Positions 42,001 to 50,482 of a DNA stretch of 55,634 nucleotides are shown here, in pieces. Under the pieces are notes generated by a model. That model saw only the letters and a list, made by a program, of their open reading frames with translations, searched no databases and was not told the origin of the DNA. Each line of letters begins with the position of its first letter. Position 1 is the stretch's first letter. Source of the stretch: a virus; the IMG/VR virus record IMGVR_UViG_3300038317_000068, one strand, 5' to 3'. The position numbers were made by a program, and so were the translations under genes.

Positions 42001-43055
42001 TACTTATCATCCCCACCCATTAAGCACAGGATTTCGGTTACTGCACCATCTTTTAATTTAATTACTGTATCGTTACCATAATACAGTTCGAATGTGTCTG
42101 CCTGTATTGCATTGATTAAAGCCGATAAAAGTGTGATATTTACTGTACCCATATAATCCGCAAAGTTTTCACTTGAAAGATAAGGTACAAGTTCAGTATT
42201 TTCACCCTTTACATCTGTAAGCATTAATCCTTCCTTTGTAAAGGTAAGCACCACACCATTATTATCATAAGGGCTTACAAAGATATTCAATCTGTCAAGT
42301 ACATTGCTTATTGCTACCTTTGAAAGTTTGCACTTGCTGGGATATTCGAATGCTAAAATATTATTCAAATCTGGATAATCTTCTATGCCAGCCAGTTCAG
42401 CACCAAACACCACAATATTATCACTGGTAAACAGTAATTTTCCGTCACTGTGTTTTATCATAACTTTTTCGGCTGTCAATGTGCTTAACAAGTTTGCCAA
42501 TTCCTGTGTCAAGAGCACTGGTTCATCCAATACCTTAACTTCATTGATACACATTTTCACCCCATCTGTAGTAATTGCTTTATCTCCTAAATTAAATCCA
42601 GTTAAGCAAGGCATTGTCATATCAGTTGCAAGTGAAGCCTTATTTACTGTAAAAATGTTCTTTAATTGTGCTGTACTTATCACCTTACCTTCCACACTGT
42701 CATCAAATTCATATTCTGGGTATTCTTCATTTAATACAGGGATTTTATAATTACCATTTCCCTTTACTGCCAGATGGTCTTCCTTAAGTTCCATTTTAAT
42801 TGTTTCAACGGTTGTCCTGCTTACCAATTTCATAAACTGGTTGGCTGGCACAATTACCTCACCGTCTTCACCTACCACATTCTTTTCAATTACATTAATG
42901 TAATTATTAATATCTGTGGCTGTAATTGTCAAGGTTCTGTCTTTTTCCTGTAAGTGTAAAAAACTTGTTATCGGCAATAATTTATTATTACCAACACCCT
43001 TCTGAGCCTTCCCGAGCATATCGCTCAAGGTTGCTGTCTTGATTTCAAGTTTCAT
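42000..43055 (-). CDS. dnaN: DNA sliding clamp, bacterial beta (DnaN) type (351 aa)
   Basis: N-terminus MKLEIKTATLSDMLGKAQKGVGNNKLLPITSFLHLQEKDRTLTITATD; three-domain length. Confidence 0.85.
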   Translation of the reverse strand: MKLEIKTATLSDMLGKAQKGVGNNKLLPITSFLHLQEKDRTLTITATDINNYINVIEKNVVGEDGEVIVPANQFMKLVSRTTVETIKMELKEDHLAVKGNGNYKIPVLNEEYPEYEFDDSVEGKVISTAQLKNIFTVNKASLATDMTMPCLTGFNLGDKAITTDGVKMCINEVKVLDEPVLLTQELANLLSTLTAEKVMIKHSDGKLLFTSDNIVVFGAELAGIEDYPDLNNILAFEYPSKCKLSKVAISNVLDRLNIFVSPYDNNGVVLTFTKEGLMLTDVKGENTELVPYLSSENFADYMGTVNITLLSALINAIQADTFELYYGNDTVIKLKDGAVTEILCLMGGDDK

Positions 43056-43089
43056 TTTGTATCCTCCTTTAAATACTGTGTTATTTTGT

Positions 43090-43128
43090 TTACATTAAAT
43101 ATATAGTAAATAACCAGCTTTATTAAAG
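43090..43128 (-). promoter_or_regulatory. Class II phage promoter
   Basis: Minus strand: AGCTTTAA-N17-TATATATTTAATGTAA. Confidence 0.7.
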
Positions 43129-43947
43129 CTGGTTATTAAAATCTTTTAAATTTTTTCTTATGCCTACAACCCACAACAAATCATCAGGCTGTATATATGG
43201 CAAACATTTTGCTTCATATATGGGGTCTAATAAATAGCCATGATATTCATTATTTTCATATGGCTTATGATAATCATAATCACTTTGTATGAGTGTAAGC
43301 ATTTGCCGCCATTCTTTCGGGGCATATTCATTAAGTCTTTTCAATGGGTCTGCACCCACTTGAACCCCGATTACTGGTATCCTTTTATTAAAATGCTTAA
43401 GCCCCCACAATACACCAGCACAACTCATCCCACTGCCTATCGGTACAATAATTCTTTTTACTTCATCTGGAATATTTTTTACTTGGAGTAATGTTTGTCT
43501 TACTGCACCCCAGCACTCCATTCCGAACGGTATTTCTGTCCATTTACTTTTAAAGGCATCTTCTCTCGCCCTTGCAATTATTACTGAATTATGCCATATA
43601 TCATCATGTATTATTAATTCAGCACCAGCGTCAATCGCTGTTTGTAGTTCGGGAGTAATACCGCCCCTTATTGTGTGCACCCTACAAGGGATATTCATAT
43701 ACTTTGCAATATTAGCAACAATCTCAATCTGTGGGCTTTGCCTTGCTCCTGCTGTAACCAACCCTTTCGCTCCCTGTGCTAAATAATAAGCACTTCGCAC
43801 CTTGCCACCAGCCACTCCAGCAAGTTCATACAGGTCATCCCTTTTAATAAAAATATCTCCTATCTTTTGCACAGGGGTAAGGGGATAATCCCCGTCTGCC
43901 CTTGCAATTAAAGTATCCAAATCAAATAAAGTATTTTGTTTCATCAT
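43123..43947 (-). CDS. PLP-dependent enzyme of the D-cysteine desulfhydrase / ACC deaminase family (fold type II) with an N-terminal QNTLF peptide (274 aa)
   Basis: Blocks align by eye with E. coli DcyD: IFIKRDD, GGKVRS (PLP lysine), LVTAGARQS, IIVPIGSGMSCAG, VIGVQV, GYLLDPIYEAK. The ATG overlaps the methyltransferase stop (ATATGATGA). Confidence 0.8.
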   Translation of the reverse strand: MMKQNTLFDLDTLIARADGDYPLTPVQKIGDIFIKRDDLYELAGVAGGKVRSAYYLAQGAKGLVTAGARQSPQIEIVANIAKYMNIPCRVHTIRGGITPELQTAIDAGAELIIHDDIWHNSVIIARAREDAFKSKWTEIPFGMECWGAVRQTLLQVKNIPDEVKRIIVPIGSGMSCAGVLWGLKHFNKRIPVIGVQVGADPLKRLNEYAPKEWRQMLTLIQSDYDYHKPYENNEYHGYLLDPIYEAKCLPYIQPDDLLWVVGIRKNLKDFNNQL

Positions 43948-44930
43948 ATAATCACTTCCCCGAAGATATCTTTTATTTTACTGGTATCCCCTTTATAAAA
44001 TACAAGGATATTCTGATGCATTTTACCGAACTTCCTGCCGCTGTTAAACTGTTTATTTATTCTCACTGGGAGTGTTCCTGCTGTATTTACTAATATGGCT
44101 TCATTGTAATACTGCAAGCCAGCATTTTTAAAGGCTCTAATTGTATCACCTACAAAGTTTCTATAAATGCCATCTTTATCTCTTATTTCACCAACAACAA
44201 ACACCGCAAACCTATTTTCCTTCAAGTGCCTTGCACAATTTTCGATTATTAAATTATACACCCTTAAAAAATCTCCATAGGTTTCTTTATTACTTAAGTC
44301 CACAGGGTTGTCGCTATATACTTCAAGGTCATAATAAGGAGGGCAACTAAATATTAAATCATATTCAGCCTGTGGGTCTATTATACCAACATTTACACTA
44401 TTGCCACATATCCATTCTGGGGGATATTCCTTATCCCTTTTATCAATTATTTTGCCTTTAATTGCATTATAATTAATGTTGTTGGCATCTATCTGTTCCT
44501 GTCTTAAATCAATTCCCCTGTAATTCCTTTTTAAATAACTTGCTACCACACCCCTAACACTTCCACCAGCAAAGGGGTCTATAATTCTCCAACCTTCCAA
44601 ACTGAACCAGCGATAAACTATTTCACATAATACAGGGTCGAAAATACTGGTTGCCTGTATTTTTCTTCCATACTTTTCACCTATGCTATCAGGTAAACAT
44701 TTTCCGAACTTTGTTTTATCATCATTTCCGTCAAGTTGATTGTCGCCCCTACCCAGTTCGCTCTTAATACCTAAATTAAGCCAATCATGTTTCCTCTCCT
44801 GCCAGTAACCTTGTTTCGTATCAAATACACTAAATGGGGGCACTAAAAATCTATCTGTCAATGCTCTGCTGTCCCCCTTTTTCATTTTAAATAAAGTGCC
44901 TTGTTTATTTGTTATTTTTTCAACTGCCAT
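43944..44930 (-). CDS. DNA amino-methyltransferase-fold enzyme (N6-A/N4-C type; motif I precedes motif IV) with a QGTLF peptide near the N-terminus (328 aa)
   Basis: SIFDPVLCEIVYRWFSLEGWRIIDPFAGGSVRG (motif I); DLIFSCPPYYDLEVY (motif IV, CPPY); start by TAATG overlap with the PolA stop; RBS GAGGAGG. Confidence 0.8.
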   Translation of the reverse strand: MAVEKITNKQGTLFKMKKGDSRALTDRFLVPPFSVFDTKQGYWQERKHDWLNLGIKSELGRGDNQLDGNDDKTKFGKCLPDSIGEKYGRKIQATSIFDPVLCEIVYRWFSLEGWRIIDPFAGGSVRGVVASYLKRNYRGIDLRQEQIDANNINYNAIKGKIIDKRDKEYPPEWICGNSVNVGIIDPQAEYDLIFSCPPYYDLEVYSDNPVDLSNKETYGDFLRVYNLIIENCARHLKENRFAVFVVGEIRDKDGIYRNFVGDTIRAFKNAGLQYYNEAILVNTAGTLPVRINKQFNSGRKFGKMHQNILVFYKGDTSKIKDIFGEVII

Positions 44931-47260
44931 TATACAGCAACCTCCTCGCCATACCATTTTTCAGTAATTTCAATATCGCACTTCATAGGAACTTTTAAGT
45001 GTGAAGCCCCTATCATTGTTTCTTGTATCAATTCCCTTACCCTTCTTGCATTTTCTTTCGGGCATGTGCCTATTATTTCATCATGCACTGTAAGCAATAA
45101 CTTAAATTGTAATTGTCTTAATTCTTCATTGTTATAAAGATGGATTATTGCCAACTTGGTCATATCTGCCGAACTACCTTGAATTCTGGCATTTACACAC
45201 TGTCTCTCCGCCTGTGCAATAAAGCCGCCATTATCCTTTATCTTTATACCTTCCGCCTTTGCCTTTGCTTTAATATTGTTTTTCTCTGATACTTTCCATG
45301 TGTTGTTCAATAATGCTGAATAACTTTGCACTAAATATTCGGGCACTTCTGTATTTACTTCAGTTATGCCGTCATCGTCAAAGAATGGATTAAATGTTGC
45401 CACATTGTTGATATAATTGAATTCATATTTTGGTAACTGTATATCTGGCAATCTTCTTTTTCTGCCATAAATTGTCGTAACATAACCGAATTCCTTTGCC
45501 ATTGTAATTGATTGTTCGACGAAGGCTTTAACTTTTGGAAACATTGTAAAGAATTCATCAATAATACTTTGTGCTTCCTTTTTACTAATGTTCAACTCTG
45601 ATGCAATACTTGCCGCACCCCTGCCATACATAATTCCTAATACAACACCCTTAATATTTCCTCTTCGTTTTTTACCTTCTGGGTTCGTTGTACCGTCTGG
45701 GAAAAACTCCAAACAATCTTCATAAGGTAACTTATAAACCATGCTCGCTATTGTTGCATAAATATCTTTCCCGTCATTGTATGCCTTAATTAAATTTTCA
45801 TCACCGCTAAAATGTGCAAGGCATCGAGGTTCCTGCTGGCTATAGTCACCGCCTATTAATACCCAGCCATTTTCAGCAACAAACATTTTTCGTATATCCT
45901 TATTATGACTCGGGATATTTTGTAGGTTCGGGTCACTACTTGAAAATCTACCAGTTGCCGCACCATATTGATTAAAACTACCATGAACCTTTCCTGTCTT
46001 TTGATTTACAACTGCTGGCAACTTTTCAATATAAGTGCTTAAAAGTTTAAAGATACCTCGATATTCAAGTATTGCCTTTGTAATAGGTAACTTGAAAGTC
46101 TCAATAATCTCTTCACCTGTGCCCCTTGGTTTATCTTTGTCTGGGCTTTTTAACCCCAGCACATCATATAATAAAATTGCCAACTGTTTCGGGCTATTTA
46201 CATTAATAGGGTTTTCCAGTGAAGCATATCCTTTCGGGTTCTTCTTTTTAAATGTCTTAAGTTGTGGCTCAAGCCTTGCATATTCATCATTAATATGGGA
46301 TTGTGCTTTGTCAAGCAACTTATTATATTTTACAGATAATTCCTCTGCATAATCTTCATCTATTTTAACCCCATTACTTTCCATGTTTGCCACTGCTGGT
46401 ATTAATGGCATCTCTATATTTCTAAAGACATAAGCCAAACCATCATATTTCTCGCCCTTATATACAGGGCTGGCACTGTCCAGAAATTGTTCTTGAAATT
46501 TACCTAATACATAAGTCATATATGGGTCTTTTGCCGCATACAGGTAAGCAACCTCAAGCGGTATCCTTGTAAATGGCATCCCCTCAAATAACTTTTCATA
46601 TGTTGCCAGTTCATCGGCACTCTTGCCACTATTTACAACATACTTTTCATATAGATACTTCAAGTTATGAGGTTCGTTTTCGTTAAGCAAGAAACCGCCT
46701 AACATTGTATCCCAGTAAGGTATTAAACCCTCGACCCCTAATTGCCAGTAACATTCTTCAATATCGAACTTTGCATTGTGATAATAAACTTTTACATCCT
46801 GTAAATTCCTTAATTCTTCAGCAACAACTTCCTTCGGGATTTGTCCCTTAACCTTTGCACCAGTAATATAATTAATATGGTTTATAGGAACATAAGCTGG
46901 CTTTTCATCTGGGGTATAAATACAAGCCCCTGCAATCTGGTCATCTATCCAATTTAATCCATCGGTTTCAGTATCCAGCCCCAGCACACCATTTTTTCGA
47001 GCATGTGCCATATATCGCCTAAATTCACCCTCATCCATTATAAGCTGGTATTTTTCTTTTTCTGCACCGAGTTCCCTGTTTACAAGTTCAGTAATTGCTT
47101 TAATTTTCAAGATTATATTATTGCCGCCGCCCCTGCCGCCGCCTTTAATGGTTATAATGTTACCTGTATTGATACGACTCTTGGTTCTACCTACTGCCTT
47201 TTTATCGGCGGCTCTACCAGTTGGTCGGCTTGGCATTTTAAATAATGTGTTTTGTGCCAT
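44930..47260 (-). CDS. polA: Family A DNA polymerase with a 3'-5' exonuclease domain and a 75-aa N-terminal extension starting MAQNTLFKMP (776 aa)
   Basis: Exo motifs LGLDTETDGL, YYHNAKFDIE and YAAKDPYMTY. Pol motif A GGDYSQQEPR; motif B KRRGNIKGVVLGIMYGRG; motif C LTVHDEI. Confidence 0.93.
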   Translation of the reverse strand: MAQNTLFKMPSRPTGRAADKKAVGRTKSRINTGNIITIKGGGRGGGNNIILKIKAITELVNRELGAEKEKYQLIMDEGEFRRYMAHARKNGVLGLDTETDGLNWIDDQIAGACIYTPDEKPAYVPINHINYITGAKVKGQIPKEVVAEELRNLQDVKVYYHNAKFDIEECYWQLGVEGLIPYWDTMLGGFLLNENEPHNLKYLYEKYVVNSGKSADELATYEKLFEGMPFTRIPLEVAYLYAAKDPYMTYVLGKFQEQFLDSASPVYKGEKYDGLAYVFRNIEMPLIPAVANMESNGVKIDEDYAEELSVKYNKLLDKAQSHINDEYARLEPQLKTFKKKNPKGYASLENPINVNSPKQLAILLYDVLGLKSPDKDKPRGTGEEIIETFKLPITKAILEYRGIFKLLSTYIEKLPAVVNQKTGKVHGSFNQYGAATGRFSSSDPNLQNIPSHNKDIRKMFVAENGWVLIGGDYSQQEPRCLAHFSGDENLIKAYNDGKDIYATIASMVYKLPYEDCLEFFPDGTTNPEGKKRRGNIKGVVLGIMYGRGAASIASELNISKKEAQSIIDEFFTMFPKVKAFVEQSITMAKEFGYVTTIYGRKRRLPDIQLPKYEFNYINNVATFNPFFDDDGITEVNTEVPEYLVQSYSALLNNTWKVSEKNNIKAKAKAEGIKIKDNGGFIAQAERQCVNARIQGSSADMTKLAIIHLYNNEELRQLQFKLLLTVHDEIIGTCPKENARRVRELIQETMIGASHLKVPMKCDIEITEKWYGEEVAV

Positions 47261-47274
47261 TACAGCAACCCCCC

Positions 47275-47313
47275 TTACATTAAATATATATTAAAAAGAG
47301 GCACTTCTTAAAG
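47275..47313 (-). promoter_or_regulatory. Class II phage promoter; the -35 box lies inside the terminator hairpin of the SSB gene
   Basis: Minus strand: AGAGGCACTTTAAGAAGTGCCTCTTTTTAA-TATATATTTAATGTAA. Confidence 0.7.
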
Positions 47314-47332
47314 TGCCTCTTCCTAAAATATT

Positions 47333-47965
47333 TTAAAATACATCCGAGCCATTTACAGGTTCTCTTCTCCTTCTTGTTGTGTGATGGTTGCCGCCCTGCT
47401 GGTTGTTACCCTGTGGGGCATCATTTTCTTCTGTATAAGTGCCATTAATCATCGCTTTCATTTCTTCGGCTGATTTAACTAAAATTAAACCATCCTCAAG
47501 GTCTTGCTTATCTGGAAAATCTTCAAGTGTCTGGTCATCTTTATCCATAGCATAAAGTTGATATTGTGTTTGTGTATCACCCTTTTTACCATGTCTTTCG
47601 ATTTCAAATTCCCTGTTTACCAATGCACCATATTTATTAAACAAGCCTAAAATAATCGGGATAAACTTGTTTCCTCTTTCCCATGTGCACACCTTGCTCG
47701 TTTTAGGTACAAACATCTGAAGAAACATTCTTGCTTTCGCTCTATTGCCAGCTACACAAAGAGGGCAATCTGCTGTTCTTAAGCACTCAACATATCTCTT
47801 CTTTCCACCAATTTCAACTTCATGCACTGCATAAATATCGAGGTCATCTTCGTTGTCATATAAAAATCTTACAACTTCAGTATCACCGTCGTCCTTAAGG
47901 GTAAAGAACTCATTACTTCCACCCTTGTATTCTTCCATTGCAGTATTAGCACTAATTTTTCCCAT
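47333..47965 (-). CDS. Single-stranded DNA-binding protein, T4 gp32-like zinc type (210 aa)
   Basis: HEVEIGGKKRYVECLRTADCPLC gives H-x12-C-x5-C-x2-C (gp32 has H-x12-C-x9-C-x2-C); flexible Gln/Asn-rich tail ending VNGSDVF. Confidence 0.65.
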   Translation of the reverse strand: MGKISANTAMEEYKGGSNEFFTLKDDGDTEVVRFLYDNEDDLDIYAVHEVEIGGKKRYVECLRTADCPLCVAGNRAKARMFLQMFVPKTSKVCTWERGNKFIPIILGLFNKYGALVNREFEIERHGKKGDTQTQYQLYAMDKDDQTLEDFPDKQDLEDGLILVKSAEEMKAMINGTYTEENDAPQGNNQQGGNHHTTRRRREPVNGSDVF

Positions 47966-48008
47966 AATAAAATCTCTCCTTTATAAGTTTATTTTTTATA
48001 AGTTTATT

Positions 48009-48188
48009 TTAAGAAAGGTTATAAACCTCTCTAAAAAACAAGGTTGCAACCTTTTCAAGGTCACCTTTTTTAAACTTGCTGGGGTATATAAGCACTTCCT
48101 TATTATCCCCGTCTTTCATTGTGATAACTGTCGCCTTACCTGTTATAATAGCAATTAAGGTTCTTATATTTTTAATTAGTGCCCCCAT
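48009..48188 (-). CDS. Small hypothetical protein (59 aa); below the ORF-track cutoff
   Basis: Translation: MGALIKNIRTLIAIITGKATVITMKDGDNKEVLIYPSKFKKGDLEKVATLFFREVYNLS; RBS GGAAAGGGGG. Confidence 0.5.
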   Translation of the reverse strand: MGALIKNIRTLIAIITGKATVITMKDGDNKEVLIYPSKFKKGDLEKVATLFFREVYNLS

Positions 48189-48218
48189 TTTATACCCCCT
48201 TTCCTTTACTTATTTGCC

Positions 48219-48257
48219 TTACATTAAATATATATTTTCTTCGGCAAGATATTAAAG
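48219..48257 (-). promoter_or_regulatory. Class II phage promoter
   Basis: Minus strand: CACTTTAA-N17-TATATATTTAATGTAA. Confidence 0.7.
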
Positions 48258-48264
48258 TGCAAGC

Positions 48265-48708
48265 CTAAAATTTTTTAATCTGCTGATTACTGGTTGCCAA
48301 CTTAATCCCATACTGTATATTACAATCAGTTTTCTGTGTTTCATCATATGCACCGAACTTAATATAACAATCGTGCATTATATCACCAAACTGTGCTGCA
48401 AACTGTTCTTCCATTTTATTAGTAAAAATAATCACTTGCAATCCATGATTAAGGGCTTCATGATATAATGCCTTTAAATCATCTGGCTGTTCTGTCCATT
48501 CCAGTCCTGCAAGGATTACCCCCTTGTTAAACTTGTCCCTTAACACTGCCGCTATAATTTCACTGGCTGTCATTTCTATTGCTGGCAACTTCCTTAAATG
48601 CTGATTAAAGCAACCTTTACAATTATTATGACAATCATTTGCAATAATGAGAGCCCCTATAAATGGGGCATCTTCTGTTCGTTCATGTGTTATACCTTTA
48701 ATTTTCAT
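48265..48708 (-). CDS. nrdG: Anaerobic ribonucleotide reductase activating protein (radical SAM, 147 aa)
   Basis: CHNNCKGC (CX3CX2C); adjacent to nrdD. Confidence 0.88.
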   Translation of the reverse strand: MKIKGITHERTEDAPFIGALIIANDCHNNCKGCFNQHLRKLPAIEMTASEIIAAVLRDKFNKGVILAGLEWTEQPDDLKALYHEALNHGLQVIIFTNKMEEQFAAQFGDIMHDCYIKFGAYDETQKTDCNIQYGIKLATSNQQIKKF

Positions 48709-48718
48709 AATATCACCT

Positions 48719-50482
48719 CTACTTTAATAACTGATTTCTATCATTAAATTCTCCACTTTTACCGTTGTTATAGTTTGCAACATCTCTGATATAGCCAGTT
48801 ATTTTCTGCATATAACTTGTCTTTGCACCACATACAGGGCACTTTTCAACCACCTCATTTAATGCACCATGGTTCGGGCAATAACAAATCAAAGGAGATA
48901 ATGATAAATAAGGTATAGCATAATTTTCACATGCTGTCCTTACTATTGATTTCGCTTGCTCGCCATTTATTGCACCACCAATAAATAAATGAACTACTGT
49001 GCCGCCTGTGTACTTAACTTGTAATTTATTTTGATGGTCGAGCACTTGCTGTATTGTATGAACGAGATTTACTGGTATATGGCAACTATTTGTATAATAA
49101 ACATGGTCACCTTTTCCCTGTGTAAATATATCGTCCCCAAACAATTTCTTATCCTTAATTGCCAAACTGTAACAAGTGCTTTCGGCTGGGCTTGCTTCAA
49201 GGTTGTAAAGGTTGCCTGTTTCCTGTTGAAAATCTATTAGTTTTTCCCTCATGAAATCCAATGTTTCTTCACATAACTTTTCGCCATCTGGGTCAAGTAT
49301 ATTTTTATTCATGAAATTCATTGCCATTTCATTAAGCCCTACATGTCCAATGGTACTAAAATGATTATCGAATGTGCCAACATAAGCGTCAAAGGCTGGG
49401 ATTAAACCTGTGCCCAGTAAGTGCTTATTAAGCCAGTCCCTTTTTATTTCAAGACTATCTTTTGCGATATTCATTAAGTTTTCAATATGCTTAAATAATT
49501 CCTTTTCAGTTTTATCCCTGTTTAAATATCCAGCCCTTGGAAGATTCAACGATACATTTCCGATACTGCCTGTGCTGTCGCCACTGCCAAACAAGCCACC
49601 ATTTCTTTTCCTTAACTGTCTCAAATCAAGGTTCATCCTGCAACACATACTTCTTAAATCAGAAGGTTTCATGTCGCTGTTCATAAAATTACTAAAATAG
49701 GGATATCCATACCTACCAGTCATTTCCCATAGTTTATCATTATTCGGATTATCCCAGTCAAACCCCTTCATAATACTGTAAGTTGGTATCGGGTAAGCGA
49801 AAGGCTTTTTCTTATGGTCGCCAGCCAGCATGACCTCGAAAAATGCCTTATTAAGCATATCGATTTCTTTCTGGCATTCACCATAAGTGAATTCTGCTGG
49901 TTCGCCGCCGATTATTGCTGGCATACCTTTTAAATCATCTGGGGCAAACAGGTCAAAGGTTAAATTACTAAATGCTGGTTCAGCCCCAGACCTTGAATTA
50001 CTATTTACACTATAAACATAATTCTGAATGCTTTGCTTTACTTCCTTATAACTTAAATGGTCAGCCTTTATAAATGGAGCAAGCAAGGTATCGAATGAAC
50101 TAAATGCAACCGCACCCATAATTTCATTTTGAAATATTGTTGTTAAGTTTGCCAACTGATTTAATACAGCATCGAAATGTCTTGCTGGGGCACTTGTTGG
50201 AATATTCGGTATCCCCTGCACTCCCATCATAAGAACCCTTTGTAATGAATAACCACAGCAATAAACAGTTAAACCGCCGAGGTCGTGTATGTGCCCGTCC
50301 CCACTTTCATGAAATTTTCTAATCCTTTCGGGATATACTTTTGTAAGCCAGTAATTCTTCGAGTTCTCCTCTATTACAAACTTATTCATCGCCCCGAAAC
50401 TGTATGGGGCATTTGAATTTCGTTTTATTCTCCAGTCTTTTCTTGATAGGTAACTATCAAATAAACCATTTGTATCAAGCAT
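48719..50482 (-). CDS. nrdD: Anaerobic ribonucleoside-triphosphate reductase (class III, 587 aa)
   Basis: SMCCRMNL active-site block; C-terminal CPNHG...CPVCGAKT zinc site; glycyl-radical motif KITGYIRDVANYNNGK. Confidence 0.92.
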   Translation of the reverse strand: MLDTNGLFDSYLSRKDWRIKRNSNAPYSFGAMNKFVIEENSKNYWLTKVYPERIRKFHESGDGHIHDLGGLTVYCCGYSLQRVLMMGVQGIPNIPTSAPARHFDAVLNQLANLTTIFQNEIMGAVAFSSFDTLLAPFIKADHLSYKEVKQSIQNYVYSVNSNSRSGAEPAFSNLTFDLFAPDDLKGMPAIIGGEPAEFTYGECQKEIDMLNKAFFEVMLAGDHKKKPFAYPIPTYSIMKGFDWDNPNNDKLWEMTGRYGYPYFSNFMNSDMKPSDLRSMCCRMNLDLRQLRKRNGGLFGSGDSTGSIGNVSLNLPRAGYLNRDKTEKELFKHIENLMNIAKDSLEIKRDWLNKHLLGTGLIPAFDAYVGTFDNHFSTIGHVGLNEMAMNFMNKNILDPDGEKLCEETLDFMREKLIDFQQETGNLYNLEASPAESTCYSLAIKDKKLFGDDIFTQGKGDHVYYTNSCHIPVNLVHTIQQVLDHQNKLQVKYTGGTVVHLFIGGAINGEQAKSIVRTACENYAIPYLSLSPLICYCPNHGALNEVVEKCPVCGAKTSYMQKITGYIRDVANYNNGKSGEFNDRNQLLK

